Assembly (NCBI GenBank): GCA_018500015.2
Contig: JAHBAR020000020.1
Coordinates: 29,981-93,980 of the forward strand
Source: Candidatus Kerfeldbacteria bacterium
GTDB taxonomy: Bacteria; Patescibacteriota; Patescibacteriia; UBA9570; XYC2-FULL-38-9
Length of the DNA stretch: 64,000 nucleotides
Reading direction: 5' to 3'
In this document: positions 28,401-38,066 of the stretch, piece by piece
Layout of the letters: each line of letters begins with the position of its first letter
Numbering within the stretch: position 1 is the stretch's first letter
The notes under the pieces: model-generated
The model's database searches: none
What the model was told of the DNA's origin: nothing
Seen by the model: the letters and a program-made list of their open reading frames with translations, nothing else
Program-made: the position numbers and the translations under genes

Positions 28401-29756
28401 CTACACCAACTCAATGGTGTCACCAAGCGATGGTATGCGACTTGAGAGTTTGTGCTGTGTCTGTATATACTCACTCAAACTTTTGGCTTGATCTTCTTCA
28501 CCGTGAGTAATAAAAATGTTGCGCAGCTTGAGTGGATCAAATGTCGCAAGCCAACGAGCAATGTGCGGCTGATCGGCATGCGCGGAATATCCACCAATCG
28601 CTTTCACTTTTGCCCGAACCGGAATCTCTTCTCCATGCATACGAATCGATGTTTCACCATCAAGTAAGCGGCGTCCAAGCGATCCTTGCACTTGATACCC
28701 AACAATAAGATAGCGATTTTTTGGATCAGAAATATACTGTTCAATGTGCCGTACAATACGGCCGCCTTGAGCCATACCCGAACCCGCAATAATAACCTTT
28801 GGTGCTGGCACACTGCTAATCGCCATTGACTCCTGAGTTGTGCGTGTCATCTTCAAACCCGGAAATGAAAAAATGTCTGCATCTTTTCGTATCATCTCCT
28901 GCGTTTCCGGATTTAAATACCGGGAATACTGCTGAAACACTTCGGTAGCAGCAATGGCCAATGGGCTATCGAGAAAAATCTGCAAGCGAGGAATATCATT
29001 ATTATTTACAAACGTATTACACTCATACAAAATCTCTTGTGTGCGCTCCATGGCAAACGCCGGAATCATCAACACCCCACCTTCAGCCGCGACAGTGTAC
29101 ATCATCTCCTTCAATAGACGTGTACGCTCTGCCGGACTCTCATGCACGCGTCCGCCATACGTCGACTCAACGACCACGTAGTTCGCCTCACCGATGATGT
29201 CGGTAGGATACAACAGCGGTACAGGAGTATTGCCAAGATCACCGGAAAATACAATTGAAACACCGTTATGGGTGATGCGAATACATGAAGAACCTAAAAT
29301 ATGCCCCGCATCAAAAAACTCTACAGTTGTGTGCTCATCAACTTGGATTACTTCTCGATATTCCACACCTCGAAATCGAGCAATGATCGCACTCACATCC
29401 TCGGCGCTATATATAGGCTCTTTGTCGTGTCGCCGCGCCTCTTCTTCTAAAATGTGCAATGAGTCAGAGACAATAAGTTTTGCGAGAGCCGCTGTTGGTT
29501 GTGTTGCGTAGACAGTTCCTGCAAACCCTTCTCGCGCCAACTTTGGCAAGCGACCGGTGTGGTCTAAGTGTGCGTGCGTGATAAAAACAGCACTCACCTC
29601 TTTGGGGTCGAACAAAAAATCATCATAGTTACTCTCTGTTGCCATGCGACTGCCCTGAAATAATCCACAATCAATGAGATATTTTTTGGTGTCAGTCTCA
29701 AGTAAGTACGATGAACCGGTCACCTCTTGTGCAGCTCCACAAAATGTAATTTTCAT
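28401..29756 (-). CDS. Metallo-beta-lactamase / beta-CASP family ribonuclease (CPSF73/TTHA0252-like)
   Basis: FCGAAQEVTGSSYLLE...ITHAHLDHTGRLP...C-terminal YSAHADQ. 451 aa. Confidence 0.8.
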   Translation of the reverse strand: MKITFCGAAQEVTGSSYLLETDTKKYLIDCGLFQGSRMATESNYDDFLFDPKEVSAVFITHAHLDHTGRLPKLAREGFAGTVYATQPTAALAKLIVSDSLHILEEEARRHDKEPIYSAEDVSAIIARFRGVEYREVIQVDEHTTVEFFDAGHILGSSCIRITHNGVSIVFSGDLGNTPVPLLYPTDIIGEANYVVVESTYGGRVHESPAERTRLLKEMMYTVAAEGGVLMIPAFAMERTQEILYECNTFVNNNDIPRLQIFLDSPLAIAATEVFQQYSRYLNPETQEMIRKDADIFSFPGLKMTRTTQESMAISSVPAPKVIIAGSGMAQGGRIVRHIEQYISDPKNRYLIVGYQVQGSLGRRLLDGETSIRMHGEEIPVRAKVKAIGGYSAHADQPHIARWLATFDPLKLRNIFITHGEEDQAKSLSEYIQTQHKLSSRIPSLGDTIELV

Positions 29757-29759
29757 AAT

Positions 29760-30335
29760 TTACCAAGGAGAATTTTTTATGCCCAACCAATACCCAACGT
29801 GGTTGCCAACAATATGCATAATTGTACCAAATGAAATCAAAATAACCCACATCACCGTTGTGATCTCAACAAAAAATCCGAGCACGAGCGATGCGCCAAG
29901 CACAAAATCAATTTGGTCAAATGGGAACCATGTCTCGCCCGGCGGAATACGCATGCGACGTTTAAAAAAAGATTTCACCAAATCGCCGGCAATCGCTCCA
30001 AATGCAAATGCAAAACCAAACCACCACGGAAATTTGCTCATATCAAATGGCGACCATGCACTCATGAATGCAATATGCATCACAAGATACTGTTCGAGCA
30101 GAAAAAACAGACCTCCACACAGTGTTGCCGTAATCAATCCGCGCCATGTTTTGTGCGCACCAAAAATTGGCTCGCCGGCAATGGTCCACCCAAAATCAAC
30201 GGGAACAGCAAGTCCACCAAACACACGCTGGAAAAACACCGGCGACATGTTGGCAACACCGGCAGGGAGATAAAAGAACGTCAAACGAAGGGTGAGAAGT
30301 CCAACGAAACCAAGAAAAAGAAATATACTACTCAT
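29760..30335 (-). CDS. CDP-archaeol synthase-like protein (CarS/DUF46 family)
   Basis: YLPAGVANMSPVFF...PVDFG...IFGAHKTWRGL...AIAGDLVKSFFKRRMRIPPGETWFPFDQIDFVLG. This matches the CarS family pattern as I remember it. About 5 TM segments. Confidence 0.65.
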   Translation of the reverse strand: MSSIFLFLGFVGLLTLRLTFFYLPAGVANMSPVFFQRVFGGLAVPVDFGWTIAGEPIFGAHKTWRGLITATLCGGLFFLLEQYLVMHIAFMSAWSPFDMSKFPWWFGFAFAFGAIAGDLVKSFFKRRMRIPPGETWFPFDQIDFVLGASLVLGFFVEITTVMWVILISFGTIMHIVGNHVGYWLGIKNSPW

Positions 30336-32344
30336 TACAAATCAAGGTTCGCATTTTTTGCATGTGTTTGAATGAAGTGTTTTCGAGAGCTGACATCTGA
30401 GCCCATGAGAATGTCAAAAATTTCATCTGCTTTCGCAGCATCCTCAATAGTCACTTTTAAGAGCGTGCGGGTTGCTGGGTCCATTGTCGTTTCCCAGAGC
30501 TGGCCCGGATTCATTTCACCCAAACCTTTGTAGCGCTGAATGTTTACACCAGCCACTGTACGCTCTTCATCTTCTTCCAAAGGCTCTTGTGGAGCTTCTA
30601 CTTCAGGTTCTTTTGTCTTCTTCCCTTTTTTTGCCGCTGCAGCCGCAGCTAATCGTTCAACAGCAATTTCTTTTTCAGCATCTGAATACACATATTCAAC
30701 AGTTGAACCTTTTTGCAAACGATACAGAGGTGGTTGAGCGATATAGATGTGTCCGGCAGAGACTAGTTGAGGAAAATGACGATAGAATAATGTCAGAAGT
30801 AATGTGCGAATGTGCGCACCGTCAACGTCGGCATCGGTCATGATGATAATGCGATGATAACGAAGTTTTGCGATGTCGAACATCTCGCCGATGTTGGTGC
30901 CAAGCGCGATGAGCAGCGACTTGATTTCATTATTTTGCAGCATCTTGTCCAAACGCGCTTTTTCGACATTGAGAATTTTACCGCGTAATGGCAAAATCGC
31001 TTGAAACGAACGGTCACGCCCTTGCTTGGCTGAGCCTCCTGCAGAGTCTCCCTCTACAATGTAGAGCTCGCAATCTTCTGCGCGACGCGAAGAACAGTCG
31101 GCAAGTTTGCCGGGTAATGTCATTCCTTCAAGCGCACCTTTACGGAGTACGGTGTCACGTGCGGCACGAGCGGCATCACGCGCCTCTTTTGCAAGCAAAC
31201 ATTTGTGCAAAATTTCCTTAGCATCTTGCGGATGTTCTTCCAAAAAAATAGTAAACTGTTCACCAAAAACAGAATCAACAATCGGACGTACTTCGGCGTT
31301 GCCGAGCTTTTCCTTTGTCTGACCTTCAAATTGCGGTTCTGGAATTTTGATGGAAACGATAGCGGTCAACCCCTCGCGCACATCTTCACCAGTCAGATTC
31401 TCATCTTTTTCTTTTAAAAAATTGTTTTTGCGCGCATACGAGTTGAGTGTGCGAGTGAGCGCTGTGCGGAAGCCTACCAAGTGCGACCCGCCTTCAATGG
31501 TGTGAATATTATTGACGAATGAATTCACCGCTTCGGTGAAATCTTTACTATACTGCACAGCAATCTCAACCTTCACGTGCTCCATCTCTTTTTCAACATA
31601 AAACACCTCTTCTTGGGCAATCTCTTTTTTATGATTGAGATGCTCAACGTATGATGCAATGCCACCCTCAAAGTAAAATCCGTATGCGTGCACAACATCG
31701 GAACGTTCATCACGAATTGAAAAACGAACGCCTTTTGTAAGGTACGCTTGTTGGCGCAAGTGATCCAAAATATATTTCCAATCAAACTCTGTGACAGTAA
31801 AAATGGATGCGTCTGGTTTAAAAGAAATTGTGGTGCCCGTTCCTTTTGCCACCTTGATCGGCTTCACATTTCCTTGCGCTTTGCCACGCTTGTATTCCTG
31901 GCGCCACAGTTTGCCGTCGCGTCGTACTTCCGCAACCAAATCATCGGATAGTGCATTCACCACAGAGACACCGACACCATGAAGGCCGCCGGAAACTTTG
32001 TATCCGCCATCGCCGAACTTACCACCAGCGTGCAACACCGTAAGAACGGTTTCGAGCGTAGATTTCTTTGTCTTCGGATGTTTTTCAACAGGAATACCAC
32101 GACCGTTATCTTCAACAGAGAGCCAACCATCTGGCAGCAACGTAATCGTGATTGAATTGCAATATCCAGCCATCGCCTCGTCGATGGAGTTATCAACAAC
32201 CTCCCAAATCAAATGATGCAACCCTTTGTGCGCAGTGTTGCCGATATACATACCGGGGCGTTTGCGAACCGGCTCCAGACCTTCCAAAACCGTGATTTGT
32301 TGTGCACCGTACGCCTGTGTCACTTTATCTGTCAATTTTGCCAT
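30335..32344 (-). CDS. gyrB: DNA gyrase subunit B
   Basis: Start at MAKLTDKVTQAYGAQQITVLEGLEPVRKRPGMYIG (32344). Motifs: EVVDNSIDEA, GGLHGVG, EGDSAGG, QRYKGLGEMNP. A charged insertion (AAKKGKKTKEPEVEAPQEPLEEDEE) lies near the C-terminus. Confidence 0.95.
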   Translation of the reverse strand: MAKLTDKVTQAYGAQQITVLEGLEPVRKRPGMYIGNTAHKGLHHLIWEVVDNSIDEAMAGYCNSITITLLPDGWLSVEDNGRGIPVEKHPKTKKSTLETVLTVLHAGGKFGDGGYKVSGGLHGVGVSVVNALSDDLVAEVRRDGKLWRQEYKRGKAQGNVKPIKVAKGTGTTISFKPDASIFTVTEFDWKYILDHLRQQAYLTKGVRFSIRDERSDVVHAYGFYFEGGIASYVEHLNHKKEIAQEEVFYVEKEMEHVKVEIAVQYSKDFTEAVNSFVNNIHTIEGGSHLVGFRTALTRTLNSYARKNNFLKEKDENLTGEDVREGLTAIVSIKIPEPQFEGQTKEKLGNAEVRPIVDSVFGEQFTIFLEEHPQDAKEILHKCLLAKEARDAARAARDTVLRKGALEGMTLPGKLADCSSRRAEDCELYIVEGDSAGGSAKQGRDRSFQAILPLRGKILNVEKARLDKMLQNNEIKSLLIALGTNIGEMFDIAKLRYHRIIIMTDADVDGAHIRTLLLTLFYRHFPQLVSAGHIYIAQPPLYRLQKGSTVEYVYSDAEKEIAVERLAAAAAAKKGKKTKEPEVEAPQEPLEEDEERTVAGVNIQRYKGLGEMNPGQLWETTMDPATRTLLKVTIEDAAKADEIFDILMGSDVSSRKHFIQTHAKNANLDL

Positions 32345-32435
32345 AATTTTCGCTAAATAGAGCTCAATACTTCTGAGGTTTAGTATATCATAAAAATCGA
32401 TTTTCCGTAAGGTTTTTGCCGTTCTACTTTTAGAC

Positions 32436-33695
32436 TCATTCAATCCTCAACCGCATCTTTATTTCATTCAATTTTTCGGCTACCTCCACGTCCGAAGCTT
32501 GACTCCCTGTCAGATGTCTAAACGCCTCTAAAAACAAGGGCTGCAAAGCTCTCGATGCTTCTGTTTTCTTATGTACAAAGACTATGATGTTTAAAAATGT
32601 ACGATAAGCAACGGATTCTTTACTGCATGGCGCAAGAACAGGAATACTTTGAAACACAGAATCAACCTCACAAACAAATTGATCATACGCAATTTGGTCA
32701 TCAAGCTCTAGGCCTGCCCGCTCTAAGGCGGCGATATACTTTTCAGCATCTTGGCCATACCTTGCAGCAAGCTGAGCGCACTGCTCACGGCTCGATATCA
32801 TAGCCAAAGTTAAATCACGAGGAAGAGTAGAAAAATATCTTTCAACTATGCGAAGGTATCTATAGGTTGCCAACTGTACTTTTGGATTATCAATTACGGA
32901 TTGGTGGCAGTCTTTCAGAAGAAGAGTGTAATCAAAATCGAGTCCTTGCATGATTTGAAAACGCCGGAGTTTGCGTAGTTCATGATCAGCGTCGCCACGA
33001 GTTTCTAAACGCTGACGGAGTCGATCCGCATCAACAATTTGCAGCTCTATAAAACGACCGTACGGCCGCAATCCTTCTCTGCGTTCTGTAGGCAAAAAAT
33101 TCATTGCTGGATGAGATGGCACGATACCATATTCCAACATATGGGTAACCACGCTGTGAGGTTGCGTTTTTTTGGCATACCGTAAGGCCGTATGCACAGT
33201 AGACTGTCTGTCCATAGACTGCATACCGCCACTCTTTCTTAGAGTATCTTCAAGCTCTGGCCCAAATTCTGCAATAATACGACCGTCCCACCTATCTCTA
33301 ATTGAAGCTATGGTATCTGAGCGATCAACAAGAGTACCGTCCTGATATGCTCTAAAATCTGCATATGCTCCACTCACTAGTGAGTCAATCAGTGATGCAG
33401 AGCTGGGGTCCACCGCGACACGCTGTAATACCGTGACAGGCGCACCATTGTGTTCTAAAAATTCAGGTACGCCGCCATTTGGTCGTATGCGTAAATCTGC
33501 AGCTCCGAGAATCCCCACTGTATGATCGGGAAAAAGATCGTGAATTAAAGACATTGCATAAAAATGCATCTTATAAAAATACGGCGAGGTTGGAATACGT
33601 TTGTTAAACCGTCTTTCCAAAAAATCATTGTCATGCGTTCTATACCATTCTTTTAATGCGAGAGGATCTTCTGGACGACCAAAAAAAACGCACAC
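32436..33695 (-). CDS. Hypothetical protein (419 aa, GTG start as tracked)
   Basis: A long, clean ORF in line with its neighbours. I recognise no motif. See the finding on the T8 tract at its 5' end. Confidence 0.5.
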   Translation of the reverse strand: MCVFFGRPEDPLALKEWYRTHDNDFLERRFNKRIPTSPYFYKMHFYAMSLIHDLFPDHTVGILGAADLRIRPNGGVPEFLEHNGAPVTVLQRVAVDPSSASLIDSLVSGAYADFRAYQDGTLVDRSDTIASIRDRWDGRIIAEFGPELEDTLRKSGGMQSMDRQSTVHTALRYAKKTQPHSVVTHMLEYGIVPSHPAMNFLPTERREGLRPYGRFIELQIVDADRLRQRLETRGDADHELRKLRRFQIMQGLDFDYTLLLKDCHQSVIDNPKVQLATYRYLRIVERYFSTLPRDLTLAMISSREQCAQLAARYGQDAEKYIAALERAGLELDDQIAYDQFVCEVDSVFQSIPVLAPCSKESVAYRTFLNIIVFVHKKTEASRALQPLFLEAFRHLTGSQASDVEVAEKLNEIKMRLRIE

Positions 33696-33782
33696 GACCT
33701 TCTTCGCCGACCTTGTCTGGTGCCTGCTGCAAAACCTTACGAATTTCTTGAGAAGGAATCATATATTTACTGTACTTTATTA

Positions 33783-35714
33783 CTACTTAGGTAAGGTCAC
33801 ACTAAATGTTGCGCCTTTGCCACGGCCGGCTGACTGCACGTCAATGCTTCCATGCAGAACTTCGAGCGTGCGTTTCACAATATACAACCCTAAACCGGTG
33901 CCGTTTGGATCCATCTCAATCCCCTCTTGTCCGCGTTGAAATTTATCAAAAATCTTTTCTCTCTCTTCCCGCGTCACACCCATGCCGGTGTCTGTGACAG
34001 AGATAGTGTAATGCTCTGCGCGTGCCACAAGGGAAACAGTGATCGTTCCATTTTTTGTATATCGAATGGCGTTGTCAACCAAATTTGAAAGCGCTTCAAA
34101 TAATTTGTACTTATCAGTCATGGTCATCAGCTCTTCTACTTCTGTGTTGAGTGTGAGTGTGTTTTTTCGTTGCGTTGCCAGCGGCTCAAGATGAGCAATA
34201 ATGCCTCGTATCAAATCGACAATGTCAATCTTCTCAAGATTCACACGAATTTGCGGGTCCTCGAGCTCAGTTGCTGAGAGTAACTCATTCACAATGCGCT
34301 CGAGACGACCACTACTCACATATGCATGATGCACAAACTCGCGCAATTTTTCTTCTGAAAGCTTTGGATCTTCTTCAACCATCGAGAGCATACCTTTGAT
34401 GACGGTTGTCGGTGTGCGCAACTGATGCGAAGCCACAGACAAAAAGTGCGACTTCATTTCAAGTAGTGCTCGCAAATGCTTAGTGGCTTCATCAATGCGC
34501 TCTTGTAGGATGGTGTTGAAATTATGCACCTCTTCATATAATCGGCTGTTGGTAAGAGCGATTGCCGCATCGTTTGCCAGCGTCACCAATAATTCAAGAT
34601 TAATTTCGCTCACCGCCTTTCCTGAATGCAAGTTGTCGACACCAATAACACCAATGACCTTTTCTTTCGACACCATCGGCACAATCACGAATGACTTCGT
34701 TTGTACAAAACCAGCATACATTTTATTCACACGCGGATCGTGTTCAGCATCAAGCACAACCATGGGCTGACGATACTTTACCACGTGCGAAAAAATGGAT
34801 TTACTAATATCAACAGTAAAGTCCAAACGGATATGCTCACTCATACCACGACCAATGCGCGGCGCGAATGTTTTACCATCAGGATTCATCAAATACATCA
34901 ACGCGCGATCAACGTGAAGAAGCTGTATAATACTGTCCATAACCGACTCCAAAGTCTCCTTCACATTCAGCGAAGAGTTCATTGTTTGACTAATGCGATT
35001 GAGGGCAACAAGCTGCTCAATACGAATTGCAAATTTTACATCAAGCATGACTCGATGGAATGTCACCGATAACAAAGTACGAACGTGTTCAAGTGTGTCG
35101 ACAGTATCTTTGACCAAACGCATACGTCCACCTCGACACTCAATCCAACCAACAAGCGTAGCATTCACTGCAAGAGGCACAACTGTATGAATATTTTTTT
35201 TCAATACATAATCATGAAGCTCGGGTCTGTGCATCAATTCGACGCGCGTGAGCACATGCCATGCATCTTGATCCTTCAATAAAAACGATCTGAGTGCTTT
35301 GCCATGAGACGTTTCATTATCCAAGACCGATTCAAACTGCTTTGCTTCACTTCGTAAGTACACCACCACATCAGAAAACCCCATCGAGCTCATCAACAAC
35401 GCCCGGACATGCTGCACAAGCTCATTCTTGTCTGTGTATTGAGCAAAAATATTGACGAGCTTTTCTTCAATATGGTCTGCAGGAATTGATACGCGCAATA
35501 TAAGGCGACGCGTATATTGACGAATAATGGTGCGTAACGGTGCAAACGCGACTAGTAACACAACGCCTGTCGCACCATAGATAACTGGCTCAAAAAAAGG
35601 TTGGTGTTGAGTGATCGCGCGCAATGTACGAACAGCTATTTCATATAGCACAGCAAGCACACCAATGGTGATGATTGTGTAGATATATTGATGTCGAATA
35701 CGGTGTGCAGGCAT
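33783..35714 (-). CDS. Sensor histidine kinase with N-terminal TM region and GAF domain
   Basis: H-box FLSVASHQLRTPTTVIKG, N-box LVDNAIRYT and G-boxes DTGMGV, GTGLGLYIVK. No response regulator is adjacent. Confidence 0.85.
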   Translation of the reverse strand: MPAHRIRHQYIYTIITIGVLAVLYEIAVRTLRAITQHQPFFEPVIYGATGVVLLVAFAPLRTIIRQYTRRLILRVSIPADHIEEKLVNIFAQYTDKNELVQHVRALLMSSMGFSDVVVYLRSEAKQFESVLDNETSHGKALRSFLLKDQDAWHVLTRVELMHRPELHDYVLKKNIHTVVPLAVNATLVGWIECRGGRMRLVKDTVDTLEHVRTLLSVTFHRVMLDVKFAIRIEQLVALNRISQTMNSSLNVKETLESVMDSIIQLLHVDRALMYLMNPDGKTFAPRIGRGMSEHIRLDFTVDISKSIFSHVVKYRQPMVVLDAEHDPRVNKMYAGFVQTKSFVIVPMVSKEKVIGVIGVDNLHSGKAVSEINLELLVTLANDAAIALTNSRLYEEVHNFNTILQERIDEATKHLRALLEMKSHFLSVASHQLRTPTTVIKGMLSMVEEDPKLSEEKLREFVHHAYVSSGRLERIVNELLSATELEDPQIRVNLEKIDIVDLIRGIIAHLEPLATQRKNTLTLNTEVEELMTMTDKYKLFEALSNLVDNAIRYTKNGTITVSLVARAEHYTISVTDTGMGVTREEREKIFDKFQRGQEGIEMDPNGTGLGLYIVKRTLEVLHGSIDVQSAGRGKGATFSVTLPK

Positions 35715-35716
35715 AG

Positions 35717-35746
35717 TTGACTGTAGAACAAACGTTTCGATATACT
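35717..35746 (+). promoter_or_regulatory. Sigma70-type promoter for tRNA-Thr
   Basis: TTGACT, an 18-nt spacer, then TATACT. It ends 20 nt before the tRNA 5' end. Confidence 0.55.
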
Positions 35747-35766
35747 ACTCACGGTTTATATATTGC

Positions 35767-35842
35767 GCCGAAGTAGCTCAGCTGGTAGAGCAACGCATTC
35801 GTAACGCGTAGGTCACGAGTTCAAATCTCGTCTTCGGCTCCA
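35767..35842 (+). tRNA. tRNA-Thr (anticodon CGT), CCA encoded
   Basis: Hand-folded cloverleaf. Acceptor GCCGAAG/CTTCGGC, D arm GCTC-AGCTGGTA-GAGC. The anticodon arm carries loop TTCGTAA. T arm ACGAG-TTCAAAT-CTCGT, discriminator T, then CCA. Confidence 0.88.
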
Positions 35843-35849
35843 CCATCCC

Positions 35850-37004
35850 TTATTCAGCAACGCTTGCCTCGGCGTTTACATTCGTTTCAGCAGTGCTTGC
35901 ATCCTCTGTCTCTGCATCAGCATCAACATACGGATTCTCAGTTGCAGTGGTTGTATCTTCAACTACCGGATAATGCGGAAGCATCTTATACACCTTTGCT
36001 GAAGTGGTGATCTCTTCTATACGATCGTCGACTGTTTCAAAACCGATTAAAATGTGGCTCGCATCAACAGTTCCTGCACCATCATCACGACTGTTCAGCT
36101 TGATAATATGGTAACCATATTGTGTTTTAACAAGCTCAGAGAGTGCGCCAACTTCAAGAGCAAATGCAGCCTCTTCAAAAGAAGCGACCATAACCCCTTT
36201 TCCAAAGGTGCCCAACGCACCGCCAGAGGATGCTGAACCAGTATCGGTGCTGTACTCTTCGGCCAACTGTTCAAAAGTCTTCTCCCCTGCTTTAACTTGA
36301 GCAAGAACATCTTCGGCTGTTGATTGTGCACTAGAATCCACAGAAGAATCTGAAGCAAGTGCATCATTAAGCTTTTGGCGAAGCACCACAGGATAGAGAA
36401 CATTTTTCTTAAAATCGACAACTGTCCAGCCATACAAATCCTCTAATGTTTGAGCAATTTCATCTTCAGAAGAAGCTTGTGGCAAAATCGTTTGCGTGAA
36501 ATAGTTATCAACATCTTCATCAGAAACCGTGACATTCATCTTTTTGGCTAACTCTTCAGTGTAGGCAAGCTCAAGTTCGCGATCATACTCTTGCTCGCGC
36601 AAAACAGCATCTGTTGGCTGAGCTGCAATCGACAAACCATATTCAGTTTGCTTGCCAAAAAAGTGTTTTGCTGCAGCGACGGTATCTTCGTATTGATCCA
36701 ACGGAACACTCAACCATTTGCCATCAACATGCGCGACCGCAACTGGGAACGGAAGGTGATGAACAAACCACGAACGCAGCGCATTACTTGATTTTCCCGG
36801 GAAAAAATACACCATACACCACATCACGCATACAAAAACAACAATAATCACCAGCCAAAACAAAGCGATGGTTTTCCACAGACGGCGTTTTTTCTCAACG
36901 AGCGCTGGCGTGCCTGAAGAAGTGGTGCTTTTTTCTACGGCCGAAACCTCTGCGTCAACAACTTTTTCGTCCATCTTTTCTTCATTCATTTTTTTGTCGT
37001 TCAT
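35850..37004 (-). CDS. Membrane-anchored parvulin-type peptidyl-prolyl isomerase (PrsA/SurA-like)
   Basis: N-terminal TM, then PPIC domain [43 protein letters not shown]. Confidence 0.8.
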   Translation of the reverse strand: MNDKKMNEEKMDEKVVDAEVSAVEKSTTSSGTPALVEKKRRLWKTIALFWLVIIVVFVCVMWCMVYFFPGKSSNALRSWFVHHLPFPVAVAHVDGKWLSVPLDQYEDTVAAAKHFFGKQTEYGLSIAAQPTDAVLREQEYDRELELAYTEELAKKMNVTVSDEDVDNYFTQTILPQASSEDEIAQTLEDLYGWTVVDFKKNVLYPVVLRQKLNDALASDSSVDSSAQSTAEDVLAQVKAGEKTFEQLAEEYSTDTGSASSGGALGTFGKGVMVASFEEAAFALEVGALSELVKTQYGYHIIKLNSRDDGAGTVDASHILIGFETVDDRIEEITTSAKVYKMLPHYPVVEDTTTATENPYVDADAETEDASTAETNVNAEASVAE

Positions 37005-37474
37005 GGCTGTGTATAATTATTCCAAAAATAGCGAAACCATTTTTGAGGGTTAGGTTGATAATCTCGTATAGGAATATACTCCTTTGTGTCCGAGTCTGGC
37101 AATACCACGCCGGGGGAATCCTCTACATCGGAAAAAATAATAACCTGCTCACCCGGACTCTGAACACCAAGCTTTGTACGCGCTTGCTTGGCTTGTTCGT
37201 TGGCGGTGTTCAGTAAAGCAATAACAGATTTGAGGTCGCCATTACGACTTTCAAGTCGTATGACCTCTGCATTGAGCTTGTCGATTTCGTGCTGCAACTC
37301 CAAACGACGCAACCCTTCGCGCACAACAGAAAATGCGATAATACCCACGAGCGCCAAACCAACGACAATAAAAAGCGGAGAACGCCAAACGCGGACGTAC
37401 CACGCCCCCTCGCGCAACGCTCGGCGGCCTACCATTCTTCCTGAGGCTCTGGTGCCTCTGAGTGCCTTTTGCAT
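37001..37474 (-). CDS. Septum-formation-initiator-like (FtsB/DivIC-type) protein
   Basis: One TM ([15 protein letters not shown]) followed by a coiled coil [27 protein letters not shown]. The start may instead be MVGRR at 37435. Confidence 0.5.
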   Translation of the reverse strand: MQKALRGTRASGRMVGRRALREGAWYVRVWRSPLFIVVGLALVGIIAFSVVREGLRRLELQHEIDKLNAEVIRLESRNGDLKSVIALLNTANEQAKQARTKLGVQSPGEQVIIFSDVEDSPGVVLPDSDTKEYIPIRDYQPNPQKWFRYFWNNYTQP

Positions 37475-37950
37475 GTTTTGAGTATGAGTTCTTTTATCGC
37501 TTCAGGTTTGCTGACAGCGCGCAGCTCAATGTGCCCGCTTTCATGCATCGGGACAACAATCACCGTGCCTGCACCGGCAAATATTGCACCAATTCCTGTG
37601 GAATGATACCGCACTTCGCGGATCATGGACAGAGGGTATTCGTTCACTTGCTTCACAAACAGCTTTGGACGATCAACATCAATCAACCGTTCGTTGGTAA
37701 GATATACTGCTGACAACGAAAAAAGAAGCCAAGAGCGCACAATAAGAAAAAAACTAAGCACAAACAGCGCAGCCCATATCACAATGCCAAGTACGCCAAT
37801 ACGAAATAGTGGATAGGTTAAAAATGCGGCAAGAGCAAAAAAGATTGCGGAAAAAAAGAGCGCCTTGCTATACTGGAGTATGAATTGGGGTCGGATGGTT
37901 GTAATCAACGATTCGCTATACCGCAATGTGACAAGTAATTTGTGTTTCAT
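37429..37950 (-). CDS. Membrane protein with bacterial-PH-like C-terminal domain
   Basis: Two TM helices followed by YLTNERLIDVDR...IREVRY, which resembles the bPH_2 (YdbT-like) pattern. Confidence 0.35.
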   Translation of the reverse strand: MKHKLLVTLRYSESLITTIRPQFILQYSKALFFSAIFFALAAFLTYPLFRIGVLGIVIWAALFVLSFFLIVRSWLLFSLSAVYLTNERLIDVDRPKLFVKQVNEYPLSMIREVRYHSTGIGAIFAGAGTVIVVPMHESGHIELRAVSKPEAIKELILKTCKRHSEAPEPQEEW

Positions 37951-38066
37951 ATGTCCAAAAAATCAAAGCGTAATTGGCAGCATCGCGTGTGGGTGGTGAT
38001 CTCTATCTGCGGCGTTCTTGCCATGCTTATGTATACAATGCTTCCTCTGCTCAGCACAACCTGAAT

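Noticed and set aside
29674-30371. 199-aa and 152-aa plus-strand ORFs
   Set aside because: They are antisense to the CarS-like gene, whose frame carries strong family motifs. Their translations are biased in composition and not protein-like.
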